Of a stretch of 64,000 nt of DNA, positions 34,019 through 56,970 are shown piece after piece. The stretch is from the human T2T-CHM13v2.0 reference genome, Homo sapiens. The notes under the pieces are model-generated. The model had not been told where the DNA came from. It saw nothing but the letters and a program-made list of their open reading frames with translations, and did no database searches. The DNA is taken from NCBI RefSeq assembly GCF_009914755.1, contig NC_060931.1; one strand, given 5' to 3'. A program made the translations under genes and the position numbers. Within the stretch, counting starts at the first letter, position 1; every line of letters starts with the position of its first letter.

Positions 34019-34780
34019 TAAAATTTTTTACTAGTTAATATATAGTACACAATTCAGAATCTTTCACAGATATACAGTGAAACATCTCTTCTACATTTCT
34101 CCCTTATCCACCTGGTTTCCTTCCTAGAGACAACTGTTATAAAGTTTCTTATATTTGAGAGATATATCTGCAAATACTTTTGTATATTCAACCCTTCCAT
34201 TTTTAAAAAATGCAACTATATTATATAAACTATTGTGCATTTTGCTTCTTGTGCTTAAGATATTTCAGGAATTGTTTTACATTCATACATATAGAGCTTC
34301 CTTGTTCTGTTTTTCAAGGCTGCTTTGTATTTCATTGTATGGCTGAACCGTTTCCTGTTGATGGACACTTAGATGGACAGCAGTGTTTTGTTGATATAAA
34401 TAGTGCTATAGTGAATAATCTTGTACATAATGTCATTTAACACACATTCAGATACATTTACGGGATAAATCCCTAGAAATGGAATTGCTTTTTTCAAGGA
34501 TATATGCATTTGTAATTTTAGTAGATATGGCCACATTCTTCTCCATGGAGAGGGGGAATTTGTCTCCCATGGTCAAGTATGGCAAGGGGTGGACAGGCAT
34601 CAGGGTCCTTGAACTCTGTGAAATGATAGGTAAATATTTGTGTGTGTATATACATGGATGTATATTTTTCTTTAGAAAGAGTCCATGGTTTTATTACGTT
34701 CTTAGAAAGTTGTTTGGGGCTGGGCACGGTGGCTCATGCCTGTAATCCCAGCACTTTGGGAGGCTGAGGCAGGTGGATCA

Positions 34781-35350
<570 letters not shown>

Positions 35351-35911
35351 TTAAAGAAACCACTGACTTGTAGTTAGTTGACCTGAATTAAGCACACTGC
35401 TTTGTTTTTCTCTACACAGTATTTTTCTCTTACAGGAAGTATTTGAGCAGAAGCTATGTACATAATTATTAGAGATGTTGTGTGGAAAGTCATTGTGGAA
35501 GAGACTGGACTAAATCTAATTCCCAACCTTTTACTGTTATTCCTCCCACTCTTGAGACCATGTTTTAAAAGGCTTTTTCCCCCATTATTAGACTGAATTT
35601 ATTAAGCAGTACTTTATTTCTCCAATTTTATTAATGAGAGCTTTAGATAGTTTGTGGTAAGTTTTACTACAGGGAGTTGAAATCCTTTCATCTATTAGGA
35701 GTTGATAAAAGTTGAGCTAAAGTCAAGCCAATTTGACATTTGTATTGTATTGTATTCTTTTGAGACAGAGTTTTGCTCTTGTTGCGCGGGCCAGAGTGCA
35801 GTGGCACGATCTAGGCTTACTGCAACCTCCACCTCCCAGGATCAAGTGATTCTCCTACCTCAGCCTCCTAAGTAGCTGGGGTTACAGTCCTGTGCCACCA
35901 TGCCCAGCTAA

Positions 35912-36058
<147 letters not shown>

Positions 36059-36415
36059 TAACTAGACTGTGTCGGTGAAAAATAATTCAGAGACCCTCAT
36101 TATTACCTCTTGGACTTACTGAAGATATGAAGAACAAACCTTTATACCTGATAATGTCCATATTTCTTTTGAATTCTGTGTGTGTAAAATAGGTTTAAAT
36201 GAGGGCTTACATTAAATTCTGCAAGTACTATTGCAAGGAAAATTTCATTCACCATAACAGATTCCTTAGGGCTTTCAGGTTTTGGGATATTGGAATTAAT
36301 TTGTAATATACATATTATCAAAAGTTACAATTCCTAGTTTTTAGGTCTTGGAGAGAAAACAGTAGCACCATGTAATTAATTAGAAAGTTAAAAGATTTAG
36401 TTAACTTAAACATAG

Positions 36416-36797
<382 letters not shown>

Positions 36798-36956
36798 TAG
36801 CTCATTTTGAAAGAGAATTTTTCTAGAGATGATTAGAATATTTTATGTGGGGAAAAGTGAGTTAGACCTGTATGTCTTGCTTGATACTGGAGCAAAAGTT
36901 AAAAGGTCTCAGCTCTTGAACAGCTATTTCTTTGGTTTATTTGTTTGTTTGTTTGA

Positions 36957-37061
<105 letters not shown>

Positions 37062-37717
37062 TAGCTGGGACCGTAGGCATGCGCCACTGTCCCCAGCTAA
37101 TTTTTGTATTTTTTGTAAAGACGAGGTTGGTCAGGCGCAGTGACTCATGCCTGTAATCCCAGCACTTTGGGAGGCTGAGGCGGGTGGATCACCTGAGGTC
37201 ATGGGAGGCTGAGGCGGGTGGATCACCTGAGGTCAGGAGTTCAAGACCAGCCTGGCGACCACGGCAAAACCCTGTCTCTACTAAAAACATAAAAATTAGC
37301 CGGGCTTGTTGGTGTGCGCTTGTAGTCCCAGCTACTCGGGAGGCTGAGACAGGAGAATCGCTTGAACCCAGGAGGTGCAGTGAGCCGAGATTGAGCTTCT
37401 ACATTCCAGCCTGGGTGACAGAGTAAGACTCCGTCTCACAAAAAAAAAAAAAAAAAAAAAAAAAAGGGACGGTGTTTTGCCACATTGCCCAGCCTGGTCT
37501 CGAACTCCTGGGTTCAAGTGATTCGCCCGCCTCAGCCTCCCAGAGTGTTGGGATTACAGGTGTTAGGCACCGTGCCCAGCCTATTTTTTACCTACTAATA
37601 GTGCTCAGTAAGGAAAACAAAGAAAATTGTTACATACTCTGGACCAGAACTCAAGGAGCCATTTGTTGTATAGTATTATTTGTTTGCCAGGCAAGGTGGC
37701 TTACGCCTGTAATCCTA

Positions 37718-38011
<294 letters not shown>

Positions 38012-38369
38012 TTAACAAGTTCTCCAAAGTTTTATTTATTTCTAAAATAAAAGATCAGAACAAAATTCTTATTATGGGCCATTCTTACAGAACTTTTTAG
38101 AGTGCCATTTGCTATAATGGGATCCTGCTTTTACTAGCAAACCTTTTATTACAATGAATTTCCTAGATCAGGTCTTTGTTGTTATTATTTTATTTTTTAA
38201 AGAGATGAGGGTCTCCCTATGTTGCCCAAGCTGGAGTGCAGTGGTATGATCATAGTTCACTGCAGCCTTAAACTCCTGGGCTCAAGTGATCCTCCCGCCT
38301 CAGCCTGCCAAGTAGGGAAGACTACAAGTGTGTACTACCACACCTGGCTAATTGTATCTTTATATTTAA

Positions 38370-40915
<2,546 letters not shown>

Positions 40916-41546
40916 GTTAAAACATTCCCCAAGAACAGAAGAAATTATTTTATATTCTTGTTTCATGGATGAAGGCATTCAGGTGCAGAGGATTAAAGAA
41001 CATTAATTTGTTCATAAGCATGTCTTTATAAACATCTATGTAGTAGATACTGTGCTAGGGATATAGTAGTAAATAAAAACATTGACCCGTGCCCTCATAA
41101 AATTTATAATCTAATGGAAATTGAAAGGAGAAATAAATGTAGGGCCTCAGTTTCCGGCTTTGGCTTAACTTTTTTTTTTTTTTTTTGAGACGGAGTCTTG
41201 CTCTCTCGCCCAGGCTGGAGTGCTGTGGCGCGATCTTGGCTCACGGCAAGCTCCGCCTCCCAGGTTCACGCCATTCTCCTGCCTCAGCCTCCCCAGCAGC
41301 TGGGACTACAGGCACATGCCGCCACGCCTGGCTAATTTTTCTATTTTTAGTAGAGACGGGGTTTCACTGTGTTAGCCAGGATAGTCTTGATCTCCTGACC
41401 CTGTGATCCGCCCGCCTTGGCCTCCCAAAGTGCTGGAATTACAGGTGTGAGCCACCGCACCGGGCCTGGCTTAACATTTTTTATTTAGATGAGTGGTTCA
41501 AAGCTTTTACTTTTTAGTGATAACTTTTTTTTTTTTTTTTTTTTGA

Positions 41547-41651
<105 letters not shown>

Positions 41652-41859
41652 TAGTTGCTGGGATTATGGACGTGTGCCACCATGCCTGGCTAATTTTTGT
41701 GTTTTTAGGAGAGATGGGGTTTTGCCATGTTGGCCAGGCTGCTCTTAAACTCCTGGTCTCATGTGATCCTCCTGCCCCAGTCTCCCAAAGTGCTGGGATT
41801 ACAGGCATGAGCCACAGCACCTGGCCTAGTTATATCTTTTTTTTTTTTTTTTTTTTTGA

Positions 41860-42003
<144 letters not shown>

Positions 42004-42608
42004 TGATTTTTTTTTTTTTTTTTTTTGTATTTTTAGTAGAGATGGGGTTTCTCCATGTTGGTCAGGCTGGTCCGGAACTCCCGACCTCAGGTGATCCACC
42101 CGCCTCAGCCTCCCAAAGTGCTGGGATTATAGGCGTGAGCCACCACGCTCGGCCAGTTACATCTTAAATATTGTGACTTGTTGAATAATTTGGCCCCCAT
42201 GAGTGGCAAGTTATTTTGTTGTAATACATGCTTGGTAGTTCATAGGGTGGTTGAAACTGGTTGGTTGGTTAAAATTTCATGTTAAGGATGGTCCATGCAG
42301 GACTCCCATATAGGGGAAAAGAAGTAACTAATAATCTTCATTGAGCACCAACTATATTTCAGGCACTGTATTACCCTCATCCCCAACATATAGTACTGTT
42401 TTATTTAATCCTTGAAACATCCATAAAGTAGGTGGTTTTTACTCTTGAAATCCACAGATTTCAAGAAGAGCTAATAGAACTTCAGTGAGTTGCCCAGTTT
42501 CATACAGTGGTTCAGAGATTTAGTCCCACACCTATTTGACTTTAAACTGTCAGGACCAACTGTTCTCTGTTGATCATACCCTTGCACCATCCCATGTGTT
42601 CCTAGTCA

Positions 42609-42815
<207 letters not shown>

Positions 42816-43746
42816 CTACTTGGGAGGTGGGAGGATTGCTTGAGCCTGGGAGGTTGAGGCTGCCAGTGAGCTGTGATGGCACCACTGCACTGAGCCTGGG
42901 CGACAGAGTGAGACCTTATCTTTAAAAAATGTATGTATATAGTGCTAATTTTGAGTCTATTTTATTATTTATTATTTTGAGACTGAGTCTCACTCTGTCA
43001 CCCAGGCTGGAGTATAGTGGCGTGATCTTGGCTTACTGCAACCTCCGCCTCGCAGTTTCAAGTGATTCTTCTTCCTTAGCCACCTGAATAGCTGGGACTA
43101 CAGGCGTGCGCCACCATGCCTGGCTAATTTTGGAAGTCTTAGTAGAGACAGGGTGTTGTTGTGCTGCCCAGGTCTCGAGCTCCTGACCTCAAGTGATCCA
43201 CTTGACTCAGCCTCCCAGAGTGTTGGAATTACAGGTGTGAGCCACTCTGCCTGGCCGTGATTTTATTTTAAAAGTATGTCACTCACAAGAAAAAACACTG
43301 TCAGGATTTCTTGTGATGCACCTCACAGCTGATATGTCAAAATGCCAGTTTTATTTCTCATTTTAAAATTTTGTTTTAGAGGCAGGATCTTGCTCTCTTG
43401 CCCAGACTAAAGTGCAGTGGTGCAGTCATAGCTCACTGCTAGCTCATTGCTGCCTCAAACTCCTGGACTTAAGTGATCCTCACAACTCAGCCTTGCAAGA
43501 AGTGAAGACTACAGTCATGCACTACCATACCCAGCTTTTTTTTTTTTTTTTTTTTTTTTAAGTGGAGACCGGGTCTCACCGCATTGCTCAAGCTGTCTTG
43601 AAGTCCTGGCCTCAAGTGGTCCTCCCGCCTTAGACTCCCGAAGTGTTGGGATTACAGGCATGAGCCACCACATGCAGCTCAAGACACCAGTTGTTTTTTT
43701 CTTCTTTTTTTCTATTTTTTGTTTTTATTTTTGAGACACCATTTAA

Positions 43747-44156
<410 letters not shown>

Positions 44157-46748
44157 TAAGTTAGTTTAACTCTGAACCATGAGCCTGTACCTTGGAAATA
44201 TGTAATTTAGAGTCATAAGTAACAGTTATCTAGCTGAGAGTCATATGTGGGTTATACCAAATGTACTGCCATCATGTGATTATAGGTTAGTAGTGTAATT
44301 TTTGGAATTGGTAGGTCACAGATGAGATTGCTATGGCTTGGTGGAAAGCTCTCCGAACTGTCTTCTCCAGGCAGATAGGTAGAACCTGGAACCAGTGCTA
44401 GGACGTGTGTGTATGTAGGAGGTAGTCATTGGTGATATGAACTTAAAGTTGCTATCTTAACTTCTGGGCCTTGAAGGAAGGCCATATTAGTGATGTCTGC
44501 TTAGTTCTTTATAGTAAACTTGTTAACGCTTGTGCCACAGTCAAGAACCAGAACTGGAATGTTGACTCCTGCATCATCTTACACCAGTTCCAGTAGGAAT
44601 TTTGTTATACAGTTTCTACTGGAGATGGCAGTGGGATTTTTTTTCTTTTTTTTCCTCATATGTGAAGTAATAGTCTCTTCACAACAGAAGAAGCCACAAA
44701 ACTAAACTTATTGGTCACTGAATTTTCTTCAAGGTTACGTACCTCTTTGGTATTTTAAATCTAGATTATGTTGATTTTTATATTTTTGTTCTCATTTTTC
44801 TATTTCTTTGTTTTCTTTACTGTGAATGGGCTCCAGGATTTTGTACAGAGCTTCTAGTTTCTGTCTGTAATTTAAATATTGAATTTGTTCTCGATAAAAG
44901 AGAACTTTTTAGCATAAAGAGAAAGCTAAAAGCATAGATTATAGGCCCCATAATGAAATATATAGTAGTTGCATATGGCTATTGCTTCTATGTGTATTGG
45001 AATTGTACTGTTTTCTCTTAGGATTTGTTTTTTCTTTAATGATTAATTTCCAGTTATATAAAGAATGTTTGCATACTTTTATAATAATGAGAACTGTAGT
45101 AGCTCATTTTCCGCTCAGCAGATGATTTTGGAGATCTACCAGGTAGATGTTGATACATACAGACCTAGTTTGGGTCATTGTTCTTTAAATAATCATCCTG
45201 TAAACACATTTATTTACAGTGTTTTGTCACTTATTGAAAGTGGGTTTTTTTTTTTGGCGGGGCGCAGTGAGTCACATCTGTAATCCCAGCACTTAGGGAG
45301 GCTGAGGCAGGAGAATCACTTGAACCCAGGAGGTGGAGGTTGCGGTGAGCCGAGATTGTGCCATTGTACTGCAGCCTGGGCAAAAGAGCAAAACTCTGTC
45401 TCAAAAGAAAAAAAAAAGGTAAACTTTTTTTCACTTGACCTAGAACTCTTCTGTTTATACACATCAAGTAAGAACTTAACAGATTTCACATCTGTTTCAC
45501 TTCTAGGAATGTTGTAAGGTCTCTGGGAGTCAAACTATTTTGATTGCTATTTTGACTCTGGTATGGTGTGAAAAGGTAGTACTACTAGTGACTAAAATAA
45601 AAAGCATAGAGACCTTTAGTTTTTTTAAATGGCGTTATCTTCTTTACTGGAGTTTGACTTTGTTGGCAGCTATGCTTCTTTATACCTAGGCAGGCTTAAC
45701 TTTTGTCTTCTGTTCTCAGTCCCTTTTAAGCAGCCAATTTGGTCTAAGGAGGAAATGAAAACTTCAGAAACTCAGTAAATGTTGACATTTAAACATTTAC
45801 AGGAGTGAAAGATTAACCTATGGTCTCTATTCTACAAATTTTTCTTAGTTTATATGAGCCTCCTTCGTGGTGCTAAAGGGCTGGTAGTCAACATTTGCAT
45901 CTTAACCTCAGTGTTCATGGATTTATAATTTATCCACAGAATTTTCTCTAGGCTTGTAACTAAAGTATTTTTTAAGATCCCCCTAGAAAAAAAAGTACAT
46001 TTTAAGTATATTAGAAACATGTTTTATTTTTGCAAACTGTACTCTTTTAAAAACAAGAAACTTGACTCTTGTTCATCTTCTAAACTGTCCATTTGATTTT
46101 TTTACTTAGAAAATTATTATCAGCAGGAGACGGGAGGTAGTTTAAATGTTGTCATAGACAATAGAACTTTTATGGAGAGATCTTATCAAAATTAGTTTTG
46201 ATTTAACAAATCAGACTAGTTAAATTTCTTTAAATTTGTGAAATTAAGAAATTTAAACTAGTAAATTAAAAAAATTTCCTGGTTTTTTTTTTTTTTTGAG
46301 TCTGTGGGTGGCTCTTTTAAAGGATAATTTTCCCTCCCAAGTGATATGGATATTAGTAAGCATTCTCCCAGATAGCTATTATATAGCAAATGACAAGTAA
46401 CAGACTATTTTACTAAGAAAATAAGATAAAATGCCACATAGTTAAACTTAAATAATGTGGACAAAGAAGCATTTAATGTACAAGAGTATGAATTTACCAT
46501 TCAATTTATGGTTTTAGGAAAACTAGAAAAGAGGAGGAAAAAACAGTAAATATGCAAGAAGAAATAAATACATTGCAAAACAGAAGAATGGGAAATAATC
46601 AAGAGTTGGAAAATTAGGAAACAAAAGGCAAAATGAAGGAGAGTACATCAGATATAACAAAAGGTACTGAGGACTTACAAAAAGAAAATACTGGAAGTGA
46701 ATGTTGTTATATGAAAGTCTCAATGAATAAATAATTTCAAAGATACTA

Positions 46749-47151
<403 letters not shown>

Positions 47152-47162
47152 CTAGGTGTTGA

Positions 47163-47441
<279 letters not shown>

Positions 47442-47744
47442 TAATCTTCCCTCCTCAGCCTCCCAAATTGTTGAGATTATAGGTGTGAGCCACCACTCCT
47501 GGTCTCTCCTAACCTTTTAAGAAGCAGATACTTCTCATGTTGAATAATATGATAGAAGTAAACAACTCTGACAGCAAAATGACAAACATGAAAAAGTAAA
47601 AGTGAATGTATAGATGTTTAAAATAAAATAAAAATACTAGTAAATGGCCACAGCAGATTATTCCTTTGTTTTGTTTCAAGTAGTTTATCCCAGGAATGTC
47701 AAACAAGTTCGTGTTTAAAAACTCAGTAATATATCTAGAGTCAG

Positions 47745-48442
47745 TGCTGTGGTTTGAATGTGTCCCTTCCAAAATTCAGGTGTCGCCAGTGTATTAAGAG
47801 GTGATTAGGTAAAGAGAGCTCCTCCTCTCATGAATGGGACTAGGTATCCTTTTAAAGGCTTGATGGCGTAACCTTGTCTGTTTTTACACCTTGCCATGTG
47901 AGGACAGTGTCCGTCCCCTCTTGCCCTTCTGCCTTCTACTTTGTGAGGATGTAGGATTCCTTCCCTCTGGAGGACACTGTTGAAGGCACCATCTTGGAAG
48001 CAGAGCCTGGACCCTCACCAGACACCTAACCTGCTGGTGCCTTGGTATTATACTTCCCAGCCTCCAGAACTGTCAGAAATTAAATTTCTGTTTTTCATAA
48101 ATTACCCAGTCTGCTGGGTTCAGTGGCTCATGCCTGTAATCCCAGCACTTTGGGAGGTGGAGGCGAGTGTACTGCTTGAGCCGTTCGAGACCAGCCTGGG
48201 CAAAGTGGTGAAACCCCGTCTCTACATAAACACAAAAATTAGCCAGACGTGGTGGCATGTGCCTGTAATCACAGCTACTTGGGAGGCTGAGGCAGGAGGA
48301 TTGCTTGAGCCCAGAGGTCAAGACTGCAGTGAGCCAGGATTGGAACACTGCACTCCAGCCTGGGTGACAGAGCGAGACCCTGTCTCAAAAAAAATTACCC
48401 AGTCTCAGGCATTCTGTCATAACAGCACCTACAGACTAAGTA
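47745..48442 (+). mobile_element. MST-family (MSTD-like) MaLR solo LTR with an Alu insertion
   Basis: Starts TGCTGTGGTTTGAATGTGTCCC and ends ...cagactaag. The inserted Alu has TSD aaattacccagtct at 48099-48112 and 48392-48405. Confidence 0.8.
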
Positions 48443-48599
48443 TGGCTTAATGGTGAGAAGTACTTTTTTTGAACCAGATAGGCTTGGTTCAGATCTTGGC
48501 TTTGCTTCCTAATGACTGTGTGACCTTGAATGAGTTTATTGATCTTCTCTTATGCTTTCCTCATCTATAAGTGAGTAATAAGAGCAGCTACCTCACAAG

Positions 48600-48955
48600 G
48601 TAGGGCAACCATAACAGATACCACAGACTGTGTGGCTTAAACAACAGAAATTTATTTTCTTATAGTTCTGAAGGCTAGAAGTGCAATAGCAAGGTGTCAG
48701 CAGGTTTGGTTTCTTCTGAGGCCTTTCTCCTTGGCTTGCAGATGTCTGCCTCCTTCCTGTGGCCTCATATTGTAGTCCCTCTGTGTGCATACCTGTCTGT
48801 GCGTGCTCACTTGCTCTCTCATTCTTTGCCCTGATCTTCTCTCATAAGAATACCAGTTTTATTGGATTTACGCTTCTATCTCCAAATACACTAAAGTACT
48901 GGAGATTAGGGCTTCAACATAGGAATTTTGGGAGGACACAGTTCAGCTCATAACA
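48600..48955 (-). mobile_element. MLT1A/B MaLR LTR inserted in a MIR
   Basis: cataacagataccacagactgtgtggcttaaacaacagaaatttatt...gggaggacacagttcagctcataaca. MIR sequence continues on both sides. Confidence 0.8.
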
Positions 48956-49084
48956 GGTTGTTATGAGGGTTAAATGCCCTGATATACCTGGCCCTAGCAA
49001 ATGCTACTTAAGTGTTGGTTATCATTATTATTACTTTACGATAATAAGTAATACATAAAACCCCAAAAACTTTAGAGAAATCTT

Positions 49085-51790
<2,706 letters not shown>

Positions 51791-52181
51791 TTTTTTTGTT
51801 TTGCTTTGTTTTTGGGACGGAGTCTCGCTCTGTCACCCAGGCTAGAGTACAGTGGTGCGATCTTGGCTCACTGCAACCTCCGCCTCCTGGGTTCAAGAAG
51901 TTCTCTGCCTCAGCCTCCTGAGTAGCTGGGATTACAGGCACCTGCCACCACGTCCAGATAATTTTTTGTATTTTTAGTAGAGACAGAGTTTCACCATCTT
52001 GGCCAGGCTGGTCTTGAACTCCTGACCTTGTGATCCACCCGCCTCAGTCACCCAAAGTGTTGGGATTACAGGCGTGAGCCCACTGCGCCCGGCCAAGGGT
52101 CTGTTTTTATAAGCTGTGACAATTAAATGTGCTAATATAGAATGTCTTGCCTGTAAAGTGCTACATTATGTGAGCTTTTGA

Positions 52182-52487
<306 letters not shown>

Positions 52488-52659
52488 TGATCCACCACCT
52501 CAGCCGCCCACAGTTCTGGGCTTACAGGTGTGAGCCACCATGCCCAGTCAATAATAATTTAAAAAAAAAAATTGGATAAACTCAATAGTCATTCCTACTT
52601 TGTAATTTTAAAAACAATACAGTTTCAAAAACGTTTTAATTGTGGTAAAATACACATAA

Positions 52660-52818
<159 letters not shown>

Positions 52819-54098
52819 TAGCTGGGATTACAAGTGCCCGCCACCACACCCGGCTAATTTTTGTATTTTTAGTAGAGATGGGGTTTTGCCATGTTGGCCA
52901 GGCTTCTCTCAAACCCCTGGCCTCACGTGATCCACCTGCCTTGGCCTCCCAAAGTGCTGGGATTACAAGCGTGAGCCACCGTGCCCAGCCCTGAGCCACC
53001 ATGCCCGGCCCACCATCTTAACCATTTTTAAGTGTACAGTTCAGTAGTAAATACATTCATATTGTTTGCATCCAATCTCCAGAACTTTTTTTACCTAGGA
53101 AAATGAAAACTGAAATGCCCATTAAACAACTCCTCATATCCACCTTCCTCCCCAACCCCTGGCAGCTACCATTCTACTTTCTGACTCTATGAATTTGACT
53201 ATTATAGGTGCCTCATCTAAGTGGAATCACAAAGTATTTGTCTTCTTGTGACTGGCTTATTCACTTAGCATAATGCTCTCAGGGTTTATCCATGTTGTAG
53301 AATGTAGAATTTCATATATACACCACATTTTGTTTATCCATTCATTTGTTGATGGATATTTGAGTTGCTTCCACCTTTTGGCTGTTGTGAATAATACTGC
53401 TGTGAACATGGTTGCACAGCTATCTCTTTGAGTCCCTGCTTTCAACTCTTTTGGGTATATTCCCAGAAATGGAATTGTTGTATCATATGATAATTCTGTT
53501 TTTGAGGAACTGCCATAGTTTCCCATAGTGGCTGCCCCATTTTACATTCCCATCAACAGTGTACAAGTATTCCAGTTACTCCAGATCCTCACCAATACTT
53601 GTTATTTTGTAGGGTTGGTTGGTTTTTTGTTTTCTTGGTAGTGGTCACCTCAATGGATGTGAGGCGGTGTCTTTTTGTGAGTTGCAGTTTCCTAAAATTA
53701 GTGATTTTGAGCATCTTTTCATGTGGTCGTTGGCCATTTTTGTATCTTTGGAGAAATATCTGTTCAAGTCCTTTGCCCATTTTTTCATTGGGTTGTTTAT
53801 TTTGTCGTTGTTGAGTTGTAGCAGTTATTCATATATTTGGGTTATTAATGCCTTACCATATATATAAATTGGAAGTATTTTCTCCCATTCCATGGGTTTC
53901 CTTTTTATTCTGTTGATTGTGTCACTTAATGCACAGATTTTAAATTTTGATGTCTATTTTATGTATTTTTACTGTTTTTATCTCTGCTTTTGGTGTCACA
54001 TTCGAGAGATCATTGCTAAATTCAATGCTGTAACACTTTCTCCCTGTTTTCTTCTTTTTTTTTTTTTTTTTCTTTTTTTTGAGATGGAGTCTCTGTAG

Positions 54099-54380
<282 letters not shown>

Positions 54381-54398
54381 TGATTATAGTTTTAGTTC

Positions 54399-54943
54399 TT
54401 TTTTTTTTTTTTTTTTTTTGGCTGTAAGTTTATTCAATGCAAAAGAATCCTCTCCAGTTTTACTGAGGTGGCTGACCACGTCCACGACCAAATCCGCCTC
54501 TAAACTAGAATTCGGTTGCTGACCCAGCCCCAGCCTCGGCTTTCTTGTCGGCACCAGGTAGCACAGCACTCCTCACATACAGACCTTTAGGCCAAGGTCT
54601 GCCAGTCTCTGGACGGCTACGGGGTAGGGTGGCAGGCACAATCTCCGGGGGCAGATGAAGGTAATCACGGAGATACTGGATACCCTCATTGGTAAGGTAC
54701 CAGTAGAAATGTCTCCAGGCAAAGTGTTCCTTCACGTAGCCTCGGGACTTGAGAGACTGCATGGCCTTCATGACATGAAGGTTGGGCACATTCTTGTCTG
54801 CCAGCTCCGGGTGCTTAGGCATGTGGACATCCTTCTTGGCCACCATGACTCCCTCCTTAAAAAGGAGTTCATAAATGGCAATCCGGTTCTTCTTAGGCGT
54901 CAACATCTCTGCGGCTGCAGGGTCCGGGGCTGGGGCTGGAAAG
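54399..54943 (-). pseudogene. RPS10: RPS10 processed pseudogene
   Basis: Intronless. 5' TOP-like start CTTTCC, ATG at 54906, peptide [35 protein letters not shown]..., RPS10 3'UTR with AATAAA, polyA (T run 54399-54419), 14-bp TSD tagtttta(g/a)ttctt at 54387-54400 and 54945-54958. Has an internal in-frame deletion and a premature TAG at 54505-54507. Confidence 0.95.
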
Positions 54944-55509
54944 CTAGTTTTAATTCTTATGTTGAGGTCTTTGATGTGTTTTGAGTTAATTTTTGCATGT
55001 AGTAATGGTCCAACTTTCATTTCATTTGCATGTACATATCCAGTTTCTCCAGCACCATGTTTTGAGACCATCTCGCTCTGTCGTCCAGGCTGGAGTGCAC
55101 TGGCAGTAATCTCAGCTCACTGCAACCTCCACCTTGCAGGTTCAAGTGATTCTCGTGCCTCAGCCACCCGAGTAGCTGGGATTATAGGCATGTGTCACCA
55201 TGCCCAGCTAATTTTTCTATTTTTAGTAGAGATTGGGTTCGCCATGTTAGCCAGACTGGTCTCAAACTCCTGACCTCAAGTGATCTGCCCGCCTCACCCT
55301 CCCAAAGTGCTGGGATTATAGGCGTGAGCCACCGCGCCAGCCTCCAGCACCAGGTTTTGAAAAAATTGACTTTCACCATTGAATAGCCTTGGCACCTTAT
55401 CAAAAATCATTTGACCATGTATGTGAGGATTTCCTTCTGGCTGTCCATTCTTTTCCATTGATATATGTCTGTCTTTAATGCCAATACCACGATGTTTTGA
55501 TTACTATAG

Positions 55510-55752
<243 letters not shown>

Positions 55753-55771
55753 TGATCTCCTGACCTTGTGA

Positions 55772-56032
<261 letters not shown>

Positions 56033-56231
56033 TAGATGGGGTTTCACCATGTTGGCCAGGCTGGTCTTGGAACTCCTGACCTCAGGTGATCCGCCTGTCT
56101 CGGCCTCCCAAAGTGCTGGGATTACAGGCATGAGCCATTGCGCCCGGCATGTAGTAAGTTTTGAAATCAGGAAGTGTGGGACCTCCAACTTAGTTCTTTT
56201 TCAAGATTGTTTTGTCCGTTTGGGGTCTTAG

Positions 56232-56361
56232 CCCATTTATGCTTAGTGTTTCATTATTGGGTTGCTAAGCTTGTGGGAGTTATTGATATCCTACTGTTCA
56301 AGGTCATCACCAAGGTCTGATTTTTCACAGAAAAAAATTTGCAACCTCGGGCATAAATGGG
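56232..56361. mobile_element. MER85 piggyBac-derived MITE
   Basis: TIRs CCCATTTATGC...GCATAAATGGG, flanked by TTAG (56228-56231) and TTAA (56362-56365). 130 bp; internal sequence matches the recalled MER85 consensus. Confidence 0.9.
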
Positions 56362-56613
56362 TTAATATAGTTTTTAATGGTAAAGCTTTAGAAGTGTTAC
56401 CATGAAAATGAAGAACGGAAAAATGTTTTCTATGATTATTATTTCATGTTTTATTCAATGCAGTAAAATGTAAAACAAATGAGGTATAAATTATAGAAAG
56501 GAGGATAAAACCTTGTTATTTACAAATGCTATGATTTTATACCTAGACAACTAAATGGAAAGGAACAAACTGGGCCACGCTCAGTGGCTCATGGCTATAA
56601 TCCCAGCACTTTA

Positions 56614-56970
<357 letters not shown>

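Noticed and set aside
53257-53780. L1 ORF2-like ORFs as an active LINE
   Set aside because: Short, frameshifted and interrupted by Alus and a pseudogene; a fossil element.
54505-55071. 188-aa ORF as a functional RPS10 gene
   Set aside because: Intronless, with polyA, TSD, internal deletion and premature stop: a processed pseudogene.
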